Below are positions 51,708 to 64,000 of a DNA stretch of 64,000 bases, piece after piece. The translations under genes and the position numbers were made by a program. Each line of letters begins with the position of its first letter. Within the stretch, counting starts at the first letter, position 1. Location: positions 99,386,001 to 99,450,000 of the forward strand of contig OX597816.1 of assembly GCA_951406725.2 (NCBI GenBank), written 5' to 3'. Under the pieces are notes generated by a model. That model saw only the letters and a list, made by a program, of their open reading frames with translations. It was not told the origin of the DNA and made no database searches. The stretch comes from Octopus vulgaris. Lineage: Eukaryota.

Positions 51708-52829
51708 TCAGAAGCTGCGGCATAAGCCACGTCTTTCTATTTGAACTTTTTGAAAATAAGTGTAAACTGTGAAACCGGTTATAAAATATTTTAACTATTC
51801 TCAGTGCATTTTCAACTTCTATTTTTCCCATGTGTGTGTGTATAAACAAAACATACTTTATTACGCTCTACATAAAATTATGATTCAGTGTTTCTCTTTA
51901 ATAGATATAACACACACATCTGATATAAAACGAGAATTTTATTGCATTCTTTCTCACTAATATCTAAAAGAGAATATTTCTTATTTCAAGGTGATATCAT
52001 TGAGATTATTTCTCATATTTATTTACGTGAGTAAAATGCGAAAATTCCCATTATATCAGAAGCACTCGTCTTTGGTAGCAGAGAAAAGATAAAGATATTT
52101 TCGAGAGTGCGAGAAAAATAGAAAATTTATGGTTTTTAGACTATTATTATGTCAAATGTAATTGATTCAACAAACGATACAGTTATAGTTTTACATTGAT
52201 TCGATGGTGACGTCATCGAGCCTGTTGTCATAGTTGGGAAAATATAATATGGTTTCTTGATAAAATTCTAGAAGCTGGGCCATTTTACATCTCACAGTCT
52301 GACTGACATCTTAATGCTAACCCAAATGTATATCTTAATTTTTTTCTTATCTTTTACATTAAAAATTTCAACTGTAAAATTGAATGTAAAGAAAATTAAC
52401 TACATTTATTTAATATGAATGAGTGCGATTGATTCCAAAGCCACAGTCTTCGGTGAAAAGATAATAAAGAATATAGACATATCAACATTTACTGGAAACT
52501 TAAACATCACGTCACTCCATGCAGCTGTGAGTTACTCCATTGTAGATCTTGATGGTATTGACCGAATAATATTTCAACATCTAAAAAATTAATAAATATA
52601 CGGAAAAAGTTTTGTTCTTTAGTTATGTATGCGTATGAAGAGCAGTATAGTTTAAAACGTTTCTTAGCAAGCACGTGTTCCCAGTTTCGAAACCCACAGA
52701 GTGAAAAGTTCAGCAAGTGTTTCTAACTTTGGGCTATACAATATACGTTGAGCTCAATTATGTAACGGAAACTGCTCAGATCCCGTCGTATACTGACATA
52801 CATACACATACCACACTCCATTTCCTTTT

Positions 52830-53000
52830 ACCTTCCACTCTACTACTCTGCCTTTACAACGTACCACCCCACCCCCTTTTTCACTGCTTCTAATGTAAAA
52901 CTGCCACTTCTTGCCTCTTCCGCTTATTCCTTCTTTCAAGCAAACCTACAACCTTCGCTACTTCCTCGTCCATAGCATTCCCTTTTCCACATCCCATTCA
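52830..53000 (+). mobile_element. Penelope-like linker fragment
   Basis: Similar to 20320-20470 (PLIPSFKQTYNLRYFLVHS). Confidence 0.55.
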
Positions 53001-53455
53001 ATTGCCAGGGATGGAATAAACAACCTTCTAAAGGATGTCATCAGGGATATCAATGAGAGCCTCCTGAATCCATGTCTCCAAGTCCTCCAGTGTACGAGGT
53101 TTTGTCTTGTATACCTCTTTTGTGTAACCCTACCCTACAGGTAAAAATCATGGAGAGAGATCTGGACTCCTTAGAGTTCTAAACTTCTGAACTTCTACGG
53201 CTACAGTCTTCAGTTATTAGCTCCTGCACGTAATGGGGTTTTTACGGATGGAAATTCAATTTTTTTATGCAACACTGTATGTATTGTGTGTCTTGTTAGT
53301 CCAGTTTCATGAGCTGCTTGACGTGTTGATTTTTGCCGTCTTCGATTAAACATTTCCTGCACTGTGCCACGTTCTCCGTTGATCGGAATGTGGTTGGACG
53401 GCCACTTCTCTTGCATCTTTCATAGAGCCCGTGGTCATCAACTTTGCACGACAGC
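53000..53455 (-). mobile_element. Tc1/mariner transposase relic (HTH and C-terminus, middle deleted)
   Basis: KSTRQAAHETGLTRHTIHTVLHKK and RSPDLSP...EVYKTKPRTLEDLETWIQEALIDIP. Confidence 0.78.
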
Positions 53456-53529
53456 TCTTTATTGTCTCCGGACGTAGAGTTGCACGCTTACCTTTCCATG
53501 CACGCCATCAACTCTGAACTATACTATTC

Positions 53530-53740
53530 CACATTTTGAATGCATTCTCTGATGCTTGCACTACCTTAGGATTGACTGTCAGTCTCAAGAAAATTGTTGT
53601 CATGTACCAACCTGCCCCTGGTAAGCAGTATAGTGAACCAAATATCTATGTGCATGGTCAACGACTTGGTGTAGTTGATCAGTTTGTCTACCTGATTAGA
53701 TATTAATAGATATAGCAATTTGGATAGTGAAATTCCACAT
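53530..53740 (+). mobile_element. RTE RT fragment, same family as 58890-59690
   Basis: HILNAFSDACTTLGLTVSLKKIVVMYQPAPGKQYS...DQFVYL; close reverse complement of 59100-59310. Confidence 0.85.
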
Positions 53741-55574
53741 TTCATAGCGTACTGCTACCTTAGCTCGATCCTGAACAGTCAAGCAATTGCCCATCTGGAA
53801 AATAAAAAATCCCCATTAGTGTTGTCTGTTTAAAAAATATTTTCGTCATGACTTCAGTGATACTAAAATTCTATAAGCAATTTCTAATGTCTGGTTACTT
53901 TCCAATCACCCTGTACATTTCGGTCTCAATCCTCATAATCTGCATTTTTCACCGCCTGCCTCTTCAATATAACCACTCCCTTTTATTTCACTCCCCCTCT
54001 CCCTTACTGCTCCTCGGAACCCCATTCACAACAATACACTCCCTACTACCGACTGCTCACCCTCACCCGACACACATCACACACACCCTCACAACTCTCA
54101 ACACATGCATATCACCATTCTCCCATCATACTGTTTCCCTAGCACATATGTATCCACTAACACTACTTACACATTCGCATATAAATACACACCTGCACTT
54201 GAGAGCACATCCACTCTCACAAGTACATGGTACTGTAGCACTTACATGTTTTCTCACGCATACACTTTCCTTCTCCCCGCCAGCCAGCTTCACTTGATTA
54301 CCTTGTTCAACACATCCCTTGTCACATACTCTCCGACTCATCGACTCTTTAGTTCGTTATTACACATCCACGTGCGCGTGCACTTCTTACTCATCCTATC
54401 GTATTATTTCCCATCCATTTCGTTCACCTGCCAACGAGTTTTTCATATTCCTTTTCATATATTTTTTCTTCTTACTACAAGACTTACCATGCCACACGCC
54501 CCGATTGCACTTCCATGGCCTATTTCTCTCTTACATAACTTACCTCTAGAAATTATGACTGGATTCTAGCAATTTAACATCGTTAAACCCTTAGAACTCC
54601 CCTCAGCAATATAAAAATGTTTTGGTAATAAAATACATTTTCTCCTTTTTATTCTCCCTTGCTTTGAGGCTTGTTTACGTGGTTGCACTTTCGCTTGCTT
54701 TCTCCCTTCTCAGACTTTGCACCGGTTATGTAACCGTCACAAACTTTTCACCAGTATTTTATATGTGTGTTTGTATATTCATATTTATTTTTGTCGATGT
54801 TTTATCGTAAATTATTTTCTCTTGTTTATCTCGCTTCCTGAAATCCCACTTTCTCTTTCGTTTTAAACCCTTTACACGTGCTTATACCTTCGCTCGCTTT
54901 CTTTTACCACTTTCTGCGTACATGCGCACGGGTATGGCTGAAGTAGTTAAGAAGTTTTCAAAAAGTAAAGCTTTTCTAATATGTAGTATAATTTCTATTT
55001 TACTATCATTTATAGTATTAGAAGCCACAGTAAGCTTCAGTAAAATTTGTATAATGTAGATTGAAAGTCGATGATGCTGGTTTGGGTGGATTTTAGAGTC
55101 ATTTTATAATTAATATTCTTAAACCTACTAATAACTGCATTATTGTTGAACGTTAGTTACTTTTCTAATATTGTTATTGACGTTACCTACATTTTTCGTG
55201 CAAATTAATCCGATTTCGATTTAGCAGAGTTAATTCACCTGTATTATGGGTTAGATGCAAAGATTTTTTTAAAGTACTTAAGTATAACAAACCTCGCAAT
55301 CAAACCTATAATCCTATCTAATTTGTGAGCAAAATTATTATTTTGCTTCACTTTTATATTATTACATATTTACGCGCTAGCTTTTAGTAGCTGTTACTCT
55401 CTAGTCCATGAATTTTTTTTGTTTTTCGTTTTTTTGCTTTTATTTTTGTTTTTATTTTAGTTTTAGCGATTAGCATTTTTGCACTAACCTTAAATTTGGA
55501 AAACTTTTTCGATAGCAATAATTTTAAATGCAATTATAATCTTTCCACAAACAGGAAGAGCATTATAACCAACT

Positions 55575-55840
55575 AAATCAACCAAGAGCAGCTGTTCATT
55601 CAGAAATATATATATACCCACTAACTCAGTCATGTAGTACTGAGTCAACTGTATATGAAGCTCAAGCTACCTTCACCAAACTATACTTTGCTGTAGTACA
55701 CAAACGCTGTAAATATTACTGGAGAGAAATTTAAAGAGCAAGGCTTTAACCATACTTCCTTAATTAATCACACTGAAGAGACAAAACTGAAGGAATTATC
55801 TAATTGCATCTAGCAACTGAGGCAAAATTAGACTAACTAT
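55575..55840 (+). mobile_element. Decayed Penelope-like GIY-YIG fragment
   Basis: YPLTQSCSTESTVYEAQ...ITGEKFKEQGFNHTS...ELSNCI*QLR. Confidence 0.5.
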
Positions 55841-56333
55841 AATAAGGTGGAAGATTTTTCAGTGTTCGAAACTATATAAAAGTAAAAATTAATTTGTGAA
55901 TTTTTGCGACTAAAAATAATATCATTCATAAAACCTTTCAGATTTCTGCTAAACTTCTCGTACGCGAGATCTGAGGTATTTGCCAAATGTAAGCATGTTG
56001 ACAAGCATATATTGACATCCTGCAATTTGTTATAACCACCATACACTCCTACCTCTGCACACTTAGATATATCATCTGATTATGTCCGTACAGAATACAC
56101 GCATTCATTTAACTAATTGTGTATGTGTGTGCATTCCCACCTATATATACTACACTATCCAGTAACATTCCTTTCTCAATATTTTTATTATTCTTTACCT
56201 TTCAACTTATATTATTTTTAATTTTAATTTTTTTTTCATAAATTTCCTTTAGTTTTTATTCTCTCATTTTCTGCAATTTCCAAAACTTACGTGGATATAT
56301 GTAACTTATATTGATTTCCTGTTTGTTCTTTAA

Positions 56334-56399
<66 letters not shown>

Positions 56400-57559
56400 T
56401 GCTATGAGTTTTAAGAGACTTCATCAGCGAACAGCTCAACTTAGAAGGCAAGCGAAGTTTTGCTTGCGCGCGAACGGTTCAGTATTTCTTGTTCTACACG
56501 ATCATTTAGCCTACCAGAAATAACAACTAAATCTCTTTTAAATCTCACCGTGCCATCCAAAAGAAAGACTTCCTAAATCGTATGACCTTGAGTGAAATGT
56601 GCCAGCGAAAACTGAAACAATTTGGCTCATGGGTAATAAGTGTGAATTAAGTAATTTGGCTCATAGGTAATAAGTGCTTAATAAGAAGTTATCCAGTGAT
56701 AAACGACAACTTACAGCTCGATGAACTGGCCATAATGAGATAAATATTTAAATTAGGGCTTCTCACACTTTTAACCACATCTCTTTCCTATAAACAGACA
56801 AAAACTAAAATAAACACTACAAAAGCACCTATCGCGCCTTAATTTTCTCTCTGTCCTTAGTACCTATATAAAATCCCCGCCACCCCTAAGAGGTGTTATT
56901 ACCTAGTTTTAGAAACATAAGTTATACTGAACGGATATGAGCTGTCATAGCTTATACTAAACGGGTAGAAATTATTAAACTATCGGTTGGTGACCTGGTA
57001 TCGCTTCATTTCTGGTTCTTGCAGTCTTTTAAAGTATTTTGCCTCTAATTACTCAGTAGAATTATTGAAATATAATTCACATATACATATGCCTGTACTG
57101 TGTCTGCGTGTGTAATGTATGATTGTGCATACATTTGTTAATGGATTTGTTTATATGTACGCATAGGATTATATTTGCGTATATTTGATATATGTGTGTA
57201 CGTTTGAGCATATGTGTATTTGTTTCCGCATTTATGTTTGGCACAACAATCCAAATTTTAAAAAGCGGGTGTATCAGACGAGGAAACTTCGGTAACTGTT
57301 AAATGTATCAACGAAATAAATACTTAACTGAAGTAAATACATTGGTCATTATGTTCTGTTAAAAAGATCAGCCTTTGAAGTAAGTGCCCCCAGCATCGCG
57401 GTCCAGTTACAGAAATTATTACAAAAATGAAAGAATATGAATGTCCACATATGTATATATCTGTTTGTAAGAATCGAAGAAAATAACTGATTCCTCTTTC
57501 GATTCTTTGAAGTATGACGTTTATATGAGTTTCTCATTTCTTTAAAACAAAATTTCACT

Positions 57560-58370
57560 CATATTGAACGCATTTCCTTCATTGAGTGCTGCAAGGTCTC
57601 CTAAGCTATAGAGGTTGGGTGGTAGATGGCAAACAAGGCAGTGTTCCATAGTATGATCTGCTTCTCCACTTTCACATGGGATTGGGACGATCTTAATGCT
57701 CCAACTGAACAAAATAATTTTTGGTCCTCCCACTCTAGTTCTCAGACGGTTAAGTATCTTCCACAGGCTCTATGATACTTCCCAGCTAGGGAAGAGGACT
57801 TCAGAAGGAGAAATCCCCATGTCAAGAGAAGGAAGGTTATTCTCAACCTTTTTTCATTCAGAGATGGCGTCTGGTTTCCTCCCCGAGATGTTGTTGGAGT
57901 ATGCACATGGCTAAAGAATATTCTTCATGACTTCAGTTATTGATCTGGCACCTGACGACAATGGAGAAGATGGCTTTCATCACCAGTAGCTTGTGTCATC
58001 CTAACTCACTTGATCACTTCTTGTCTGACATTGCCAGCGAGAAGGTGCAGGTTTTTTTTTTAGTAGGTGGTTTCCATGCAATCAGTGATAAAGCGGCAGA
58101 TGTTGTTCAACGCTGGATCAAGTTCCTTGGTATGAGTTGATCTTTACTAGACATATACTTTGCAGATGAATAACACAGGGCCGGAGCAGTGGATCATAGT
58201 GTGTATGCTGTGGTTCTTCATTTGAAATTTACAAGTTTCTGTTGAATTTTGTTTTGTGAACCAGCATTTAATTCAATATTTTTAACGTGCTCCTTCAATG
58301 AGGGTGTGCTAAAGTTACTGCAAGGTAGACGGTGTGGGTACCGTCTCCCAGTAGTAATCTAAAGTACTTG
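57560..58370 (-). mobile_element. Vingi/Ingi-like LINE 3' relic
   Basis: VYLAVTL, TL*STAPALCYSSAKY, LDPALNNICRFITDC, LHLLAG, WKILNRLRT...CESGEADHTMEHCLVC. Confidence 0.7.
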
Positions 58371-58889
58371 ATGGTTTCACGATTCTTGGTATGTTGGTAC
58401 ATAAGGGAGTGCATTTGTAATCTCTCTCACATTTCCTACTTTCTCTTCATTCTCACCTTCCCACCTCTTTCACTTAACTCTGTCCCGTTTCTTTTTTTTC
58501 TCGTCTCTCCCTAATTCTTCTATCCCTCTGCCTCCTACCTCTCTCTCTCTCTTCTCTCTCCACGTGGCCGGTGTTCGGCCAAGCCTGACCTTTCTTTCTT
58601 GGTTCGACTACCATCCGTGCAACATCTATATTCCTCCCTATGCTTGTCATCTCTTATGTCCCTGCCGTAAGGCTTCACTTCCACAAACACCAGCTTAATT
58701 TAGTTAGTCCTTAGTCGAAAGACACCTGTTGTTAATATCTTTTATTTTCATTTGTATTTGTCTACCATATCTCCGTTTTTCCGTCATTGCTTCCGTATAA
58801 ATTCGCTGCTTCCTTCCGAGGAATCTAGTGCTCACACCGTGAGCCTTCCAATATCTCAACATCACTGATGCGTTCCTCCCAATTAATGC

Positions 58890-59690
58890 CATAGATCCAT
58901 CTGAGACACATTTGATGGAAACGTTCCAGCTGTTTAAGGTGGTATCAATATGTGACTCAGGTCACGCAGGCATAAAGAAGAGAAGAGAGCACATACGCTT
59001 TGTACACCTTTATCTTTTTTTTTTTCCTGCATATATCTCGCCAACTCCAGAGGCGCATTTCTAGCCTTCCGAAAGCATTACTTTCTTTCCTAGTTCTGTA
59101 TGGAATTTCACTATCCAAATTGCTAAATCTATTAATGGTGCTTCCCAGATAGACAAACTGATCAACTACACCCAGTCGTTTACCATGCACGTAGATATTT
59201 GGCTAACTATACTGCTTACCAGGGACGGGTTGATACATGACAACAGTTTTCTTGAGACTGACCGTCAATCCTAAGGCAGTGCAAGCATCAGAGAATGCAT
59301 TCAAAATGTGTTGCATATCAGACTCTGTGTGCGCTACTAGATCATAATCCTCTGCATACAAAAGGTCTCTTATGATAGAGGTAAATGCCTTTGTTTTTGC
59401 AGCAAAGCGCCTGATATTAAATATGCTGCCAGAGGTTTGATAATGGATGTAAACACCATATCTGCAGTTTCTGAACGCAATACAGAAAACCATCGCAAAA
59501 TATATGGCAAACAGGATCGGTGCCAGAATATCCCCCTGTTTTACTCCGTTTTTTATTGAGATGGGCTCCGACATTTGACCTCTAACATTAACTCTACCCT
59601 TTATGTCTTCCTGAAAAACCTAACCAAAGCAAGGAACTTTTCAGGACAACCAAGTTTCTGGAAGATTTTCCACAGTGCATTTCTGGAGGA
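58890..59690 (-). mobile_element. RTE-clade LINE RT fragment
   Basis: LWKIFQKLGCPEKF, NGVKQGDILAPILF, LLYAED, FVYLGS, KVYKAYVLSSLLYAC, LERFHQMCLR; 5' break abuts (TATG)n. Confidence 0.9.
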
Positions 59691-61357
59691 CATACATACA
59701 TACATACATACATACACACATACATACATACATACATACTCACATACACATACATACATACACACACACACATACATACACACACATACACACATACACA
59801 GACAGAGAGAAAGAGAGCTGATTGATCATGCATTTGAAACCATGATATTCGTCTTCAAATCTGTTGTTCTTATATTCTGGAATACGAGCAGCTAATTATA
59901 CAAAACCTCACCTCACTTAATACTTATTAATAAACAATGATAAAAGATGTTGAACGGAATGTGGTGCTGCAGTTTTAATTCATGACTGAGCAAATTAATG
60001 ACCAAAGCAATCATACCATGGCCGTTACATTTTTATCTGTTTCATTATTGAAGGCGAATTACCTTTTTAAATGGTTTGGTTGTGATTTTATAGTTATTTC
60101 GCTACTATTTCTAACAATTCAAGAAACCTCGTTGAGCCTCTACTTTGGCTGGTAGATTCATTCGAGTAGATTAATTTCTCTTATATTCAGCACGCTTAAA
60201 TCCAGAACTAAGTCATGATTCAGTAAAACTCTATAGTTTATAGACTAATACTCACTCATAGACACACACACACACGAACACGCAAACACAGACCACACAC
60301 ACAAACATATGCACGCACACACGCACATATATACATGTCTATGCATACATAGACGCATACATACAGACAAGAGCATATATAAATGAGGTGATGAAAAATA
60401 CTATATTTGTCAATGTTGAAGACATTTATTTTTCTCAGCAGAACAGAGCCTGAATAATGATTCACTATGTCTCACACACCGGTAAAATTCGGTAATTAAA
60501 TGTTAAAACCATTAAATATTTGCCCTACCTTTTGTAGTGTTATCTTTACGGAAGACCTGTCTACTGAAGCATGACATTATATTTCAACTGTTTTCCTCCT
60601 CTGATTTATTCGCGGCTTCTCACAAAACATCTCTGTTAATAGGAGACCAATGCACTCTTCTACTGACTCTTTGATGTCGATAGTTATAACTTTAAATTTT
60701 TCTTGTATCACAATGTATCACCGTATTGTAAAGTCTGTTATAGAAACGTGTTATCAACGGGAGACACTGGTTGGCTTGCAGTGAATTGATGTAATGTACA
60801 ACGTGATTGATTTTTTCAAATATCATTGCTGTCTAATACAGACTCATTTTGTCATACTTCCTCTGCTCTGCAGTTGTTTCATACAGCTGTACCACATTTC
60901 TGTTCGGCAATGTCGTCTATTACGACACTCCATTACAGAACCTTAGTTTGGTATTGCCATGCATAAATGTAGAGTTAATTGGTACTGCTATACATTATTG
61001 TACGCTAGCCCAGTATTGTCACACTATCATTGTACAGTAGTCAGGTAATGACACACTGTAATAGTATATTATAGGCTACTAGTGTCATACATAAAGCTTG
61101 AGTTTTTGGTACTGCTATACATTACTACAATAGTCTAATTTTTTCATCACTGTATTACTACACTACATTATTGTGCTGTAGTCGAGTATTAAACACACTG
61201 CTTTACTGTACAATTGTCTTATATAGACGAACTTCTGTACTGTACTGTACTGACACATTGCATTATTGTACAGTAGTCTGGTATTATCATATTTTTGTTC
61301 AATCTGGTTCTCGGGAAAGGAGCATACCCGTGACTCTTACAAACCCTCCAAATCTAG

Positions 61358-61927
61358 TGTGAAGGATGTAATTAATGTTTATCTTGAACTATTTCATATA
61401 ATCATCTGCGAGAAAGGCATGAGCATAGAAGGAATTCCAGGGGGTCAATGTTCTTGAAAAGAAGGTCAAGGTGTACTGGTTAGTGCTGGGTCTGTGGTTT
61501 TGTGACCAATATGGATGATGAGAGAATGATAGCACAGTGAGTCTGGCATGCCTGAGAGGATATGGCACGAGCCCAGATAATTCTGAGGAGCAGAAGCCAT
61601 TATAATTGACCTAGAGACTAGAGAGAACGCTACGTAGCTATGCGCCTGAGGCTCTTTTTGGCTCCTGTCTAGGTTACCTGTGTGTGTGTATGAAGCAGTA
61701 GCACCTTCCCAGGTGTAAAGAGCAATACTCCATTGTGGACATCACCTGATTTTCGCAGTGTCAATAAATGAGTAACTGACTTATCGTTTGGCCCTGATGA
61801 GAATAGTCAGTCGTTGTGATATGGTGGAAAAGTCGTCTTTTACTGACAGATGGCATTACTGTACAGTAATCTGGTATTGCTTAAATGCAAACTCTTGTTT
61901 TGTCCTTTGACATAAGTATCCTTCACA
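61358..61927 (+). mobile_element. Possible solo LTR
   Basis: Starts tgtgaaggat and ends atccttcaca (10-bp inverted termini, TG...CA), higher GC, tataat at 61601, aataaa at 61764; no TSD found. Confidence 0.35.
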
Positions 61928-62149
61928 GCCTTCTTTAGACCTTTTCACCACTCTTTGGGCGATGTTATTTTGAAATTTATTATAACTGTACAGTACTCTA
62001 CAGTTCTTCATCAAGTAACTTCATGTTGTAGTACTGTTTGTTTGTTTTTTGGGTTTTTTTGTTTTTGTTGTTTTTTTTGTTTTGTTTTGTTTTTTGGGGG
62101 TTTTTTTGCTATATCAAATGGTGTTCATTATATTCATCATATATTACTG

Positions 62150-62330
62150 TACAGTTTAGAGTGAAAATCCCTTGTCCAAAATTCATGTGATCGAAAGTAT
62201 TGTGGATATATAATTTTTCCGGATTTCGAAGTATTTTTATATTTACATCTATAAAACGGGAAACTGGGGCTGGGACCCGAGTCTAAACAAAATATCCATT
62301 TATATTTCATGATATAGCTCATATATAGAG
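62150..62330 (+). mobile_element. Tigger-type terminal fragment resembling mammalian Tigger4/MER46 ends
   Basis: atcccttgtccaaaat...ttttccggatttcgaagtattt...tgggacccgagtctaaacaaaatatccatttatatttcat; similarity recalled, not computed. Confidence 0.5.
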
Positions 62331-64000
62331 ACAGACAGGCAGGCAGGCAGGCAGGTACATACATACATATTTTCAATGTAGTTCTATAAAAATTCTTTAT
62401 ACTTTTTTATCCATAATACCATCAGAAACGCAAGATTACCAGTCTCCACCTTAACCTAAAAGGTTAAACTGCACATGAACTTAAACATAAATGCCGCACC
62501 AAACATTAAAACTACGTCAGATCCGAGAAATTTGAAGAAGTTACGCCATCGGTGAGGTAACTTCTCCCGCAAGATTTTCGGATCTAAAGTAGAACATACA
62601 GATTTTTGTATAAAAATAAAAGATGGAATTTAATTACAGATAAATGTAATGAAAACTGAAAATATTTTTGTAATTCTACTATAACGCTAGTGTCATTGCA
62701 GTGACACCTGCCTTATTAACGAGTAGTAGTTTTGTCGTAGTTGTCTCTCTTTGATTTTATTCACTTACATGATTTCTGGTTCTTTTATGAATACACGCTG
62801 CTCTAGTTTGTCAATAAGTTCATCATACATTTTCACCAGATTATCTTTTGGACACCCTTTCCACTGTGTTCACAGTGCCATCTTCGTCATTATTATGATA
62901 AGGGTCACGCGTTATGCCAGTATTAACTTTTCGGATTATGGAATCTTACATAAAGGATTTTCAACTCCATAACATCCACAGTAAAATATAATACTATTTC
63001 TCACGTTCTATTCTTTTTCAGTGCATTGATATGTCAAATCATATCAGTGTAGAATGCAGTCTGGTATAATATCATTATAGAGTCTGTTTTATTACAAATC
63101 TCTGTACAGTAATTTTGTTATATCAAAGATCACTTCTACACACTTCAGTCTAGTTTTGATTCAGCTCATTTATTTTGTCAGATCAGACCAGAGTACTTTT
63201 CAGTCTAAGATTAACTAATTTCTCTATTCTAAGAAGACTTACAAAGTATCACATATTTTTATAATAGTCTGTTATTATTTGATCACAAAACTCATCGTTA
63301 GTTTAGTATTAGTTAGTGCACAGTACAATAGGTCATGTTAGACCTGTTTGTTATGAACATTGCATTGCACTACTTTAGTAACATTAGTAAAGTTACATTT
63401 AAGACTTGTCGACAATAACATTAGATGAGAATTGTATTTTCTTCAATATCTTTCTTTTATTGTCTGCACAGAAATCACTACTATTAAAAATTATATCAAG
63501 AAACAGAAGTAATAGCTACGGGTTACACATTAGCATTCATAATTCTATCATTTATGCGTAACATTTTGATGGCATATAATTGGATGTTGCAATATAGAAT
63601 CCAGTTCCTTAGTTAAGATATATTGATGACACAAGCGTTGTTTGGTAGTACTAGGTTAGCGGGATACCGAAGTTCTACTTGGTCATTAGAATTCAGTACT
63701 TAATTCAATACAATTCCCTATGAAGAAAGGAATTAATAATCAACTATGATTGTTTGATGGCCACGAAAAGAAACGGATGCCAGAATGTGTGTGTATGGAA
63801 AACTAATAGTCAGTGATCAGTATTTAAACTATGAGTCACAGAACACCCAATTCAAATAGAACTGTCTACATTGTGAAAGCATCTTATCAACATGAAATTT
63901 CCTAAATAATGGATACATTGTTGAAAAGAAAATATCATCGCTTTAACCGATGATATGTAGCCACTCACAAACATGAAGTAAAGAAAAAACTAAAATTTCT

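Noticed and set aside
56619-56676. 24-bp direct repeat with a 10-bp spacer (CRISPR-like)
   Set aside because: Only two units, eukaryotic context, no cas genes.
61793-61830. CTGATGAG hammerhead start (similar CTGATGA near 35255 and 39087)
   Set aside because: No helix II followed by GAAA and no closing helix I.

Overview
AT-rich eukaryotic DNA packed with microsatellites and transposable elements, with no recognisable host protein-coding exon. The tRNA-derived SINE families and (TA)/(CA)/(TATG)/(AAT) microsatellites point to an octopus or other coleoid cephalopod genome (inferred from recalled repeat families, not from a search). Nearly all ORFs in the track are microsatellite artefacts. The real coding remnants come from TEs: a young 5'-truncated CR1 LINE nested in an R4/Dong relic, RTE fragments (one ending in three C2H2 fingers inside a (TATG)n tract), an internally deleted Tx1/L1, a Vingi/Ingi relic, several Penelope-like (GIY-YIG) relics, and Tc1/mariner and pogo/Tigger remnants. 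The most interesting signal is a set of small non-coding elements anchored in (TA)n that carry minimal type I hammerhead ribozyme motifs. These include an apparently identical 362-bp tandem repeat with a U3-A8 variant hammerhead in each unit (retrozyme-like, predicted circular RNA) and an adjacent ~500-bp palindrome with a CUGAUGA hammerhead in each arm. All alignments and folds were done by eye, and boundaries of degenerate elements are approximate.
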